DNA from: the human T2T-CHM13v2.0 reference genome, Homo sapiens
Reading direction: 5' to 3' (one strand)
Length of the DNA: 64,000 bases
Assembly (NCBI RefSeq): GCF_009914755.1
Contig: NC_060932.1
Shown: positions 1 through 13,080 of the stretch, in pieces
Layout: each line of letters opens with the position of its first letter
How positions within the stretch are numbered: the first letter of the stretch is position 1
Translations under genes and position numbers: made by a program
The notes under the pieces: model-generated
Seen by the model: only the letters and a program-made list of their open reading frames with translations
What the model was told of the DNA's origin: nothing
The model's database searches: none

Positions 1-360
1 AAATTTAGCGAAGCTACTAGAAAGTTAACCATGTATATCAGGATTGCACAGCGCTGCTTTTGGTAGCATGTTTACAGTTTAATTTTCCAAAAACAAAATT
101 CTCACAATGGTAAAAAGAAGAAAAGGTGGCTGACATAAAACCCATCTTCCTATTCAGATAACTTAAAAGAATGGCTCTGCTGGTGACAGACACACAAATA
201 AACAACTATATTGGTAAGGCGTTAACAAAAGGTATGCAATGAATCACCCAGGAAAGGAGTCATCTAATATCCCTGGCACTTACTTTCCACGTCCTCAATA
301 TGAAATGGTTGGGTCAGGTGGCCACAAAGGTTTCATGTAACATCATCACCATACATCTCC

Positions 361-364
361 TCTC

Positions 365-424
<60 letters not shown>

Positions 425-426
425 AC
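361..426. repeat. Compound microsatellite (TC)~20(AC)13
   Basis: Read directly: TC run at 361-400 with one TG interruption, AC run at 401-426. Confidence 0.97.
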
Positions 427-737
427 GACCTTCATTGTACCCCAGTATACTGCCTTCTTAAAATGGTACATTGAATATACAGGCCCAACCTTCTGTGGGC
501 ACAAACAACTTTTACGCTTAACACATCTATATTTAAAGGATTTCTCAGGGGCTTTAAAGTGTAATTGGACAAGCAGGTGGTTTAATCCAGTATGTTTGTA
601 ACCTCATGCTTCATTAACAAAGCAGGTGTCTCCCTCCAATGTTTCTCGCATGGATGATATAAACTTGTACCCAGCACAGGTCAAAGAAGGTGCCTAAGAA
701 TAGTCTCCCATAGGTCCTAAAAATAACTTATTCATAC

Positions 738-1019
738 CTTAGAGGTATCATCGCCTTCATCTTCATGCACTGAACTGGATGGTGAAGGAGTTGCAGACTT
801 GCTTCCAGGTGGAGATGGTGAGTTGTGGGGAACATTGCTTCCTCCCATATTCAAACCAAGTTGAGCACTTAGCTGTGACTGGTTAATGGTAGTCAGCTGG
901 CCATGTGGCATCATTCCTGGCTGCTGCCTGATGTCTGCAGGCTGGCCCCTTGGTCTCATGGCTGCCATCTGAGGATGGGAACTGTACTGAGTTCCTTCTG
1001 GGTTTCGTATATCTGGCAT
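738..1019 (-). CDS. TOX: TOX internal coding exon (exon 4 as I recall the gene structure), 282 nt, 94 codons, phase 0/0
   Basis: The translation [26 protein letters not shown]...[20 protein letters not shown]...[28 protein letters not shown] matches the TOX segment before the HMG box (recognised from memory). The acceptor is TTTATTGTAG|ATG (AG at 1021-1020) and the donor is AAG|GTATGA (GT at 737-736). Confidence 0.96.
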
Positions 1020-1023
1020 CTAC

Positions 1024-1025
1024 AA

Positions 1026-1056
<31 letters not shown>

Positions 1057-1058
1057 AT
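1024..1058. repeat. (AAAT)8 tetranucleotide STR abutting the TOX splice acceptor
   Basis: Read directly: aat followed by (aaat)8. Confidence 0.97.
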
Positions 1059-4000
1059 AGGAAAGGAGTAATTTTAACAAATATGTTTTGGGCAAAAAAG
1101 TAATAATTCTTTAGATTTCCAGATGTTCTGCTGAGTTACATACACATTTATTTTATCTGGGGTAAAATAATCCTAAAAGTATATATCACCATAAAGGATA
1201 GCATAAGACTACCAAAAGACTGGAATTTGAGAATCCAGTTAGCATCATACTTCATTACTCAAGATGTGATTAATTATATTTACAGTCTTTCTACACTAGT
1301 GAAATATAGAAATATATTATTTATATATGTATTTGTATATTACAGCATGATCATATTTATATAACGTAAGTTTCAAGATGTTGATGCTCATTAGAGTGTC
1401 TGTCAAAATTATTCAATTATTAGTGATTACAATATTCACAAAAATTCATTAAACCCTGTTTGTTTTATCTTCATCATTTAAGAAAGGCTTTGGGAGTTAA
1501 TAAGTATACTCTTGTACTCAGTTTAAAGCTTTACAGGGTATTACTAGCCAAAATGATCTCCTAACTACCAGACTCAAAACACTGATAGGCTGGTATTAAC
1601 CAATTATTAATTGACTATTGAAATGACTGCACAGTCAGACTTGAAAGTAAAGCTCTAAAATTGCAAGGTCAACATATTAATCCATTATGCTATCTGAGTC
1701 ACTGGTTTTTAGCCTTAATGAGACTCACTCTTGTAATTCAAGCAATGAATTTTGTCTCTGCAAGGATTAGAATTAAAAGCATTGGAGGATGAAGCTTTTA
1801 AGGTATCTAGAGGTCAAATGTATTGTATAAGAGGAGTATGGAGAATTTCACTTAACATTTCTCTGGCATTTTCAAACTTAAAATAATGGAGAATATTTCA
1901 TGGTGCTTATTGGAGCAGCTCAGTTTTTTCATCCTGAGGGGAGCTGAGGAATTCAGGCAGGTAGAGGGCACACAAAACAAGAGAGAAAAACAAGAAAACT
2001 GTGAGGAAAAAAGATATATGGTTAAAGTTACACGTTGGAAGTGAAAAAGTAATAATGTTACCTTATTCTGTTTCATTAGAAAAGAAAATCCCACAAAGTA
2101 TCAGATGTTTAGCAATGACCTGTCTGCAAATGTTATTGTGACGTGAAAATACTGTGAAGGCAAATTAAGTAACCTAGTCATAGGTTCTTGTTTTTGTTTT
2201 TATGATAGTAAAATCATTTTACACCATTTTCCCTGTAGTCATTTTACCAATCTAGTTAGATTCACCTAAAGCTAAAACTGAGGCTGTCCACAGCCCCCAT
2301 GTGTGCCCTGTGTTCTTCTCCGGAACGCATTTACTGCCTCCACCATGAGGCCTCTTATTAGTCAATTTCACTCCTTTAGCTCCTTTCCAACTTTGGTTAC
2401 TTCTCAGTCTTCACGCACAGTTCAAGGTATCCTAGACCTCTGGCTGGCCTCATGATTTGTACCTGCCTTTTCTAAGTCCGAATCAACGTTTTTTCCATTA
2501 TCCAAACTGTATTCCTCCAAGCCTTCAAAAGTAGTTCAGGATTCTCCTTTCTGTGATGTCCCTCATAAAGCAGCTTTTACTATTCAATGGTGCATGCAAG
2601 AGCTGCAAAGGCTCTTGGTGACACTGTCAGTCTATGGAAGAGGAAAACTGGGAGGGGGTGATGATAGTGCAAGCTTGTTGAATGTTTGTGGAATAAGTAT
2701 ATAAATAATTATAAATGAATAAATGAAGGAGTGAAACCCAAAGAGATCAAATGACTTGACCAAAACCAAAGATAAAACCCACCTCTCCTAATTCCAGTCT
2801 TTGATACTTCCCACTGTGTTAAGCAGCTGATTCAACATTTTACATATTCCATAAAAAGGATTACAGTTAATTAAAGATACTTAAAAATGCATTTTCAAAT
2901 GTTGTCTACCCAAATCAACAATGGTTTTATCTAGCCCATTCATGTTGCCTTCAGTCACATTTACTAAAATGGTTGTTGCCTCTTCTTAGATGTACATGTA
3001 ACTTCTACAATCTGATCTTCTTTATGAAATAATACTAACTTTCACTGATATCCTTAAAGTTGTGCCAAGGACAGAGGGTACCATGAAAATTAGGACTGAT
3101 TTTTAAAAATACACAGAAGAGACAGTGTATACTAAATTTCTTTTCAGGCCTACTGTCAAATGTCCTCAAGTCCTGTATGTTTTTAGACCCTTAGCATGCA
3201 GAAAAGCTCCCATTATGGGCACAGAGTAATGGCTACCTGTAAGTGGACACTATCCTACAGGGGGGCAGTCTTCTTTCCCAACCCTGAACCAAATAAAGCA
3301 CTAATGTGCATATTCCAACTTATATGTTTTATAGCCTTGTAAATGAAAAGCATTTAGTAGCAAAATCATACTTCAACTAAATGATCTTTCCAAAAGTATG
3401 TAACTAATTGCTATCTTTATTTCTCCTTCACATAAATCCCAAGTTACAAAACACGTACAGTCTGTAACATGTCTGTATTGAGCCCATTTCTTCTCATCCT
3501 TTCAGAAATCTTGTGGTTTTAATATATCAGAGAGGATGGTTTCTAAATTAATTTTCATGTGGAGTTCCAGATTTATGACTACAACTAAAAGTGTTCCAAA
3601 AGCTTGAAGCAATCTTCACTTTATCGCACTTTCTCTCCTCCCTGTCTTGCAATCTTCTAAGATGTTTTCTCATGTTAATTTGTGTAGTGTGTAGATCTCT
3701 GGACACTAAAATCTGCATTCCCACTCTTGCAATGGAAGGAGAAGAAGGTGGGTGTGGCTATGGAAGAGTAAAGTATCAATCTGGGTAAGGATGGTGAAGT
3801 ACTCAAGAGGGTACCTCTCTTTCCACAGTCTCATCATTAGTTCAATGTATCCTGTCACCAGTGGTGTTAGGTCAGGCAGACAGCTTGAATACCAAATCAA
3901 AGCACTCTTTTCCTGTGTGGAGCATGGCAAGCACAAATGAGGGAGCATATCTGTGTCTTCAGTCCTCAGATACACTTACAAACAGTGGGATCTACCCATG

Positions 4001-5799
4001 GCAACATTTCTGAATTAGGAGGAGTATTTCCACTTACCTTGTTTTCCTAAGAGACAGTTCAGTATTAATCACTGCCTAATGTATAATATGGGGAAAATTA
4101 AACTCGATAAAGTTTGATTACTGAAAATATGAATAATTAGTTAGATCATGCAAGTAAGCTAATGTTTTGACTATTGGTTTCCTGCTGTAAAGATATTGAT
4201 TGACTACAGCTCTGTCATGTCAAATGCAAAACCTGAAGTAGCAGAATATTATTTCCTGTTAATCACCAATATTTTAAATTTATTTTGAATAATTCACTTA
4301 AGTCATGCTTAATTGCAATGGTTGTTCTTTCTGATTCTTCTCAACCCCTTCACTGACTTCTCTTTTTTCTACAACGTCCCACCTCTAAGTGATTCCTTAA
4401 CATGTTATTCTGAGTCACATTTCTTCCACCCAGATAAAATTTGCCATGGTTTTATTAATGGGAAATGTTCTCAACTAAAATGTACAATTCTGACCCAAAT
4501 TCCAAGCCTAAGTCTGCAATTGCTTGTGAGACATTACTACTTGGACATCATTCTTGCTAGAAATGTGAACAAAGTTTTCTTTCTCAAATCTATTTTTTTT
4601 CTGTCTGACCAATATCTGTTGATGACACCTTCATCTTCCTTGTCACCTCTACTCAAAATGTTGCAGTCATTTTTGACTCTTTCCTTTTCTACCAAACTCT
4701 TGTGAGTTCTGTTGGGTCTACCCTGAAACATCAATTATTTCCATCTGCCCTTCCACCCGTTTCCACACCCATTCATCTATCCAGGCCTTAATTATCTTTT
4801 CACTTGCAATAGCTGCTTAACTAAAATTGGTCTCTTTACATCTACCCCAAAGAGTGGTACAAAATTAATCTTCATGAGCCATGGGCTCAAAAATTCTCCA
4901 ATGACATCTGTCCCCCAAATTAAATCCAAACTGTTCAGCATGACATGAAACCTTCCAAATGAAACTCACACCTATAACCATCCTTCATCTACTCTATTGT
5001 TCAGTCAAATCCAATTGCTCCTTTTTTACCTAAATCTCTCTCCCTTAATCATGCGTCTTTGTTTACGCTGCTCTGTCATTATTCAATTACCATTTTCCGA
5101 GAATTTGCTGTCTAAAGTTATTAAAAAGAGGGGAAAAACCCCATACTTTGCTCAGTGATTTGTGGTTTGCCCAGTACTTTTACTTATTGATCCTTGTAAC
5201 TTCCCTTTGAGGGAGCCATGTAGGAATAGCTGCTTTGCAAAAGCCCACAGAGAGGTTAAATGATCTCAGATCTTTCTATCAACAAAGACTGAAGTAAAAA
5301 TGAAATATACTTTTTTTACATACTTGTACTTTCCCCACGATTCCATGCTGCCTTTACCATCTTCATATATCCAAACCCTAAATGTACTTTAAAGTCAAGT
5401 TCAAAGGTCACCTTATCTATAAGGCTCCAAGAACCTTCTTATTCTGAATTGCCAAAGCATTTTGTTTATACTTTCTTTATGGGACACCACTTTAAAATTT
5501 ATTTCTTTAACATGTATGTACCTTCTAGATAATAATCTCCTTGATTAGTTCATGACTAATGCATTTTTCAATCCCTCTTGAGATATCTTTTAGTTAAATG
5601 GTATTCCAAATATTCAAAAAATATTTGCTGTGTCAGTGTGTAACTAAGGAAATGAATTCATCAGTATAAACTGACTTTAACTAGTCTGATGATTTTTCTT
5701 TTTTCCTGGGAACTTCTTAGTCACAAGATGAAAAGACTTGATTAATGTCCATTTCCCTTTGTGGCAGAAACCTCAAGCTACCCTCCTACACTCATTTTC

Positions 5800-6211
5800 C
5801 TTTTGTGCTGAAAAATGGGCCCCTCTAGCTGGCTCAAGGAGGACATTTGTAGCTTCCTTTGCAGCTATGCATGGCCCTGTGACAATGAAATGTAAGCGGA
5901 ATCCTCGTGTGGTGCTTCCAAGAAGTCTCCATGAAGGGAGGGGCTCACCTTCCTTTGTTTTTTTTTTTTTCAAGTTCCTGCTGGCAAAAACGTGGAGGTG
6001 ATGGAGAGAGCTAGGGAAAATATCTTGGACCAAGACATGGCACCATAAGGACGCTGAAGGCACAAGAAAGGAGGCTGAGGGTGTGATTATTCTGGAGCCT
6101 GGACAACCTACTTACAGTGGGAGTGAAAGGGAAGTAAATGTCTGTCATTGCAGAATTACTGACATTTGGGGTTTTCTGTTATAGGCAGCCCAACATAATC
6201 CTAACTGATAC
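5800..6211 (+). mobile_element. Old MaLR LTR (MLT1 family)
   Basis: Contains GCTTCCTTTGCAGCTATGCATGGCCCTGTGAC and the MLT1-type terminus GGGGTTTTCTGTTATAGGCAGCCCAACATAATCCTAACTGATACA. Confidence 0.7.
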
Positions 6212-6239
6212 ACCCTAACAGATTATAAACTTTAAAAAG

Positions 6240-6345
6240 CTGGGAGAGAATTTATTTTGTTCACCATTATAGCCCTAGTATCTAGAACAGATCTTGGCAC
6301 GTAGTAGGAACTCAATACATATTTCTTGAGTTAACACTGAATAGA
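6240..6345 (+). mobile_element. L2 LINE 3' end fragment
   Basis: CTAGAACAGATCTTGGCACGTAGTAGGAACTCAATACATATTT resembles the L2 3' terminus. Confidence 0.7.
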
Positions 6346-6981
6346 TGTTTAGGTCTGGTACAATTAGAATTGATGATGCCAGCTTCACATAAATAGTTGT
6401 TATAAATCCTTAATCTTTTGGGAACTTCATTTGCTAAATTCTAGGGCTCAAATGTCTCAAAGGTAATTTCTCATGTGTGTGTTCCTCATTTTGTTTATTT
6501 TCAAGCCTAATGAACTTCATATTTTCTTGGCAAAATGTCCTGCATGTCATTGGCATTTTAGTGTTGCGTGGCTCTTAATATTTATCTCACCATTTGCAAA
6601 ACTCTGTCCATTTGAAAATGGGTGCTAGGTTTCACTTTTTTGGAAGACAGATCTGTTTCCTAAAAATTTACATTGCTATTGATGACCATTGTCAATTAAA
6701 ATAATGAAGGGGTATTATAATGATGAAGAGGAGATTTCAATTTTTCCAATTAATGCAAAACAAAAGTCCCATTAAAATCAATTAGGAAGCCAAAGCTGAA
6801 GTCATGTATTGTCCCTCATGACCTGCCTTGATGCTAAGGCCATGTTCCTTTCTCCCCTTGTCTGGTTACCTAGAGCTGAAGAGTGCCACGTTGAGGACAG
6901 AGCTCAAGGTGCAAACATGAGGCACAATATTAGCTACATATTTCAGCATATGTTTTCACTTTCTTTCCTTTGATTTTCTTT

Positions 6982-7351
<370 letters not shown>

Positions 7352-9369
7352 TGAGTAAGATTTTGGTGTAACTGGAATGGTGAAAAAAAAATCCTTGGAA
7401 TAACATTAGTCATGTTAGTGATGAAATAGTGTTAAAATCACATACTTGAATGGCACCAGAACGATGGAGGGCCTGCCTTTCAGTGTTTAAAACTCTGTGT
7501 GCTTCACAATCCTTCCAGAGTCTGTATTCCTCCTTCAAGTATCTGCATCCTTCCCCGTCCAACACACCAGCCTTGAAAGCTATCATTATCTCTGCCTCTA
7601 GCAGACAATCTATATCAAAACAGTTGTACACATAAAACTGCACCACCGCCTCGGCTGGCTCTGCTCTGATCCAGCTGTTAGAGTGAATAGCAGTTGGTGC
7701 ACAGAGCGCTGGAACATGGGTAGCCCTGAGGCCTTATTTGCTAATGTGGCTCACCAGCTGCTGCTTTCTGTGGTCTTTGCAGGCAAGGCCTGGAAGGCTG
7801 CCAGTTGCAGCAGGAGCAGGAGAACGTGAGGAATCTCTCAAGCCCGTCCATTTACCCCTGTCTGTCAGCATTTGACACCCTGAGCTGTGGAGTGCTTTCC
7901 CCAGGGCAATAAGGAGACCCTGCTGGCTTTAGCTGTGACAAGTGCTTCCTCTCGGTCCCTTTTATACACACTATCAAACACACACCGTTCATAGCACCTT
8001 AAGAAAAACTTCTGAGCCTTGCTCTTGGCTGTCCATGCAGGCCTGCATGATTAATTAGGGCAGGAAGGCAAAGCGGTTTCATTTTTCTTAGGAATAATGC
8101 ACTCTAAGAGTCTATGAGAAGAATGTAAATGTTGATATTATTTAAGTCCCCAATTTGATTACATATTTTTGCCAGGGATTCAATTAATATGTAAATGTAT
8201 ACAACAGAATAAATGTGTGGGGAAATTTAATAATCAAAATTTATTTATTATTTTCCTAAATGCATTTCCGAGAGAGCTTAATTATTTGTTGTCCAAACAC
8301 ATTAAATAAATCGTTTTTACGTGACCTTCTTGTGATCTATTTATTATGTAGAAATGTGTACTTTAAATAAACTTTATTTTAAGATTTTTGCTATTAGACT
8401 TCAATTAGTTGCACTGAACACTGATAATTAACAATGAAAGAGGGAAAATTTGGAAAAATACATATGCACAGAACTTGCTATATTTTTAAAGATTGAGACA
8501 AGTGAGGTTCAAAAGAAAGGTTGGACATTTTTATAAAAATGTATTTTTATCCTCAGTATTTTAATTTAGAATAACTTGATTTCAACTCTGCATTTCCAAA
8601 AACAAAATTGTTTTTGTATTTAATATTTGGAATCTTCGCTTTTCTTTCAAAAGACAATAGCAACAAGTAGGGTTCAGCTTTCTTTACAGTACGCTACAAT
8701 AGAATACCTGTAGTTTAGTTAGGGTAATTAGTCATTATAAAACAATTTATCACAAGAAAGTAAGAACCCTGGAGCACAATTTATTAGATATTTGCCAAAT
8801 GAACAGCCATAGTACTCTCTAGAACCACCATCTTCAGAGAAGATTAAAACTGCCTCAGAAACCAGTGCTCACACTGCCTGACTTCTACATTACCTGACCA
8901 TCTCACTCCTTTACACTGTGGTCTCTCCATTGTGGCTTCTTCCACGAATGGGCCCCTTATTACTCAAGGAATTTGGTGTGTTCAGAGCAAAACATCACTG
9001 AAGAGTCTTAAAAGTGATGGCTAAAAATCACACTGGCTAAAAACCATGTCACCAGTTTTGGTGTTTGTTTGTTTGTACATCGTCTCCCAGGGATGAACCA
9101 AAGATCAGATATTGAAGAGCAGCAAGCAACAGAGAGAAGGGGGACCCTGAACCTGTTAACGCCCTTAGTGCCCTTGCCTGGCCTCCTCTGCAGAACTCCA
9201 CTGCAATTGCTGCCACATCCAGCAGATCCAGAAAGAAGTGTCTTAGTTGCTCTAGTGTATGCATCTGGATTTATATCTATAAACAACTGAAAAAGCAATT
9301 TTACGCCATTTTATTCGATTTTTTTCCTTTCTCTAAAGGAGAGGGGGGCCGTGTGCTATTGTGGAGGCA

Positions 9370-9740
9370 ACCCTGTTCATGACACCTAGCTGCCACTGTT
9401 TCTAATGAGTTGTCTTACTTTCAACTTCTTTAACCCTCATTTTTCAACTCATAAAAAGAGGATAATTTTTCACCAACAAATATTTATTGAGTGCCTGCTA
9501 TGTGCCAGGCACTGTCTTAGGTACCTGGTCCACAGTGGTGACCATGTAGTTGGAATTCGTGCCCTGATGCAGCTCACTTCCTAGTGGAAGAGACAGACAA
9601 GACAATAAATATTTTAGGACAGTGAGATGTTGTAAGGAGACAAATAGGAGAGGAGTGTACTGACCTTAAATGCTTCCTTAAAACATGACTGTGAGGATTA
9701 ACTAAGATAAGGACTACGAATGCATTTTGTCACAAATGAA
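9370..9740. mobile_element. MIR fragments with an intervening L2 3' fragment (L2 on minus, about 9470-9640)
   Basis: CAACAAATATTTATTGAGTGCCTGCTATGTGCCAGGCACTGT is the reverse complement of the L2 end. MIR-like CCTCATTTTT...AAAA and GTGAGGATTAA flank it. Confidence 0.65.
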
Positions 9741-12569
9741 TTCATTTTTGTGGTTGCTGCTCACGCTGATGGTTCTCTTCGGTTATTATCCTTGAGTTGC
9801 TTTCCCTGACCAGTTCTGGTCCCTGGTGAGCCACTGACACAATTATGACCAAACATTCTGGCAGCCAAAAGCTTGTATCTATGGGGACCTTCCCTGGGAT
9901 AAGCAGGGCAGCTTACAGTCACAGAGCACAGGGTTTCACTGAGAGAAAGTCAACAGCACAGATAAAGGTTGAACTTATAACCTGGGTTTTAATAGCTCCC
10001 TGATCAAGGCTAATAGGCTAACTGGTAGATACAAAGTTCAAAAACATTTTAACGTATAAAAAGGTATTCCAGTTCATAGGACAGCATTCTTTTCCATCAA
10101 CTATGTACATATAATCTTTTGGATCACAACTTCGGCCAGGAGGTTATGGCGTATAGCGTTGCCCTTTAACTGCACAGTTGGAAAGATGTTTTTTACTCAG
10201 ATTGAGCCACCTCGTTTCTGATTGCTTCATGCCAATGCCATTTGTTTCCTGCTGTGAATCTTAAACTATCAACGTCAATATTACCAAGTTTGACACACCG
10301 TGCTTCAGTGAGCCCTTGAAAGGGCTTTCCTGCCCAGCGAAAATAAAGGAAATGTGCAAATGGGCAACAGGCAAAGTTTACTTTTACTTGACAAGGTGCA
10401 TCTCTCATAACTGCAGATAATGGCAGGACATGAGAGGCTCACGGACTAAAGGGTCTGTCCTGTCTAAAAGAGCTCTGGGGATCATGTGGTCCACCCTCTG
10501 ATTCCCAAAACATCTGAATTAGCAGTTCCTACAAATTACATCTCTGGTAAGGGGAGTTTATGAATGTGCTCTGGGTCTACCTATGATTAGAATCAACGAA
10601 GCCTTTTATTTGTATTTGTATAGATCATGACTTTTGCATCTGTGCTACAAAGTGTAGGCAGTGTTTTGTTCACAAGGGGCTATGATTTTATATTAAAAGT
10701 GTATCAAACATGCTACTGTTTGCTCATATCTCCTTTGTTTTGATGTGCCCAGAGAAGGGACTGAATAATGTGCTTTATTTCTAGAATACTTTCAAAGGAT
10801 TGTGTGCATTGAAATAAAAAGAATGGATTGGAAGTGTAGGTTAAGTAATAAGAAAATTGGGACGTACTGGGAGACATGCCGTCTGGGAGTAGCGGATCAC
10901 TTACTAGAACTACCTCTGTGTATTCATAGCAGCATGAGCTAGCAAGAATGCTTCTTCACACCATATTTAAACTTGGGAATTTAAGTTGCTTTCTCATATT
11001 TTTCCACGGAATGTTAATGGGATGCTTGCAAAAATAGAGATGTCAAGTGGGATATTGACTTCCTAACATCAGTTCAGAACATTGATATTTGAGTTCATTT
11101 AGAGGCACTTAAATCATTAGATACACGTGACATTCAGCTTAAAAATACATCTTAAGAAGCAAAATTAAAACCTTATATTCTGCTTGAGCCAGACAGCTTC
11201 CCTGTGCAGAATACTTGTATGCCCCAACTTATTGGAGACTTGAAGAAAAGTACAATTTTTACATTAGTATTTTATTATGGAAATCATCCAATAATCCTTT
11301 CAAATAATACATTATAAAACATTAAAATAGCATGAAACGAAGACAGGAAAAGGCTGGAAATCCTCTCCTTTTGAGCATGGTATTAATAACTTGGAACAAT
11401 CATTCTAGGAAAATTACAATGTCTTTCAGCTATTTTAAAGTGTCTGACTCTGTAAGTGACCTTAAGCTCCTTTAAAACAATTACAAGATTCAAATATTTG
11501 TCTGCCAAAATTTTATAGCATGTTAGATAATGGGATAGATGTAATTATATATAGTCTCAATATTTCTAGGTATACCTAATTTAGTTAATATTAACATCAC
11601 TCACTCATTTATGGTTTTATAAACTTTGAGTCACATAAGGTCAAGGTCTCAAAACTAATCATAAAAACTAGTGACTGCTATTCATGCTAATATAATGATC
11701 CTTTCTTTAAAACAACAGCCAATAAATTTCATTATAAAAAGTTATTAAAAGGGTTAAAAACCTATTAAATGTCAAAGAATTTGCCTGACTCAAACTTCTA
11801 ATAAAGAAAGAGAATAGGCTTTCTTTCTGAATTATTTAAATCTTTACTGACTGTGCACCGAACCATGAAATTAGAAAAGTGTTATTAGAAGTATTCTCTG
11901 GTTTTTATAAAAGTTGGAGCCCAGAATGTATCAAGCCATAGTCTTTAACTAGACTAGCTAAAGCAGTAGGTCTTTAATCCTAAATACATGGCTTCTACTG
12001 ATATAAAGATCATAATTAAAACTCTATCCTGTAACTTGGTGATAATAAAGTTATTATTACAGAGGCACACATGTTCATTTAGAATATATGAACTACATGT
12101 TCTAATTTTAATTTGAACAAATATCTTCCATTTTGGGGGGATAGTTCCATGTCCACTAACATAGACCCTCTCAACTAATAATAAGGTTTTAATAGTGACT
12201 GACTTTAAAGCACTAATGTTAATAATTTGAATTATCTATCATTTACTGGTTTAACACCTACCAAATATACATTGAAATTATGTCATTATGGTCTAAAGTG
12301 TTAAAAAAAATCATAATCCTGCATGATTATAGCCCTGTGTGACAAGTGGCATAAATAAATTTAGGTATTATTGAAAAATAGGAAATATATCTTTCACATT
12401 TTCAATCTCTATTTCTCCAAGTGACTATACTCAGCACAACTGATTTGAACTGGTCTCTCTCTCACAAGCAGGTAACTGTCCTCATATCAGTTTCCTCAAA
12501 TGCCCATTCTTAGCCTTTGGTAATTGTGATTTTAAGTTCTCTTATTAAAAATATCTAATACTGACAGGT

Positions 12570-13080
12570 CCCACCTAATATACTAAGCACGGTACTAAGA
12601 AGTTTCCATGAATTACCCTATTTAGGACTCACAGCAACCAGGTGAAACTGTTACAGTCGCCACTGCCATGGTACTCACGAGGGACCCAAAGGAACAGAGA
12701 GGGCATTCTCCAGTTATTCAGTAAGTGGGTCAGCTGCAATTTGTCACAGGGCGCCTGATCTCAAAGCCTATATCATAACCATGGAACTGTACTATTGACT
12801 CAGTGTATGATCTGATGATGTTTTTAGCTGTTCTTTAAACAAAAGATAGTTGGAAGGACTTATAGGGGAGGATGCAGCTAGAACCTAGAATGACTGAATT
12901 TAATGCACTAATTTCTTTTGCAGGAAATTCAATTAATTTTTTTTTTAACTGAACACTTACTCTGTGCCTCGCACTGTGAGAGGTCCTAGGGGAAACAAAG
13001 ACAGATGAGACTATCCCTGTACTCAAATAACTCACAGCCTGGAAGACATACTATAATACAAGTCAAAGGGGATTAATTGC
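12570..13080 (-). mobile_element. MIR (about 12570-12790) and L2 (about 12940-13080) fragments
   Basis: Degenerate matches to the MIR core and the L2 3' end (ACTGAACACTTACTCTGTGCC...CCTGTACTCAAATAACTCACAGCCT). Confidence 0.55.

Noticed and set aside
883-1095. 70-aa ORF overlapping the TOX exon in another frame
   Set aside because: It has a non-ATG start and runs through the TTTA repeat (YLFIYLFI); it is a by-product of the real exon.
4313-4705. 130-aa ORF
   Set aside because: It has a non-ATG start, a low-complexity F/L/S composition, overlap with probable L2 remnants and no recognisable domain.
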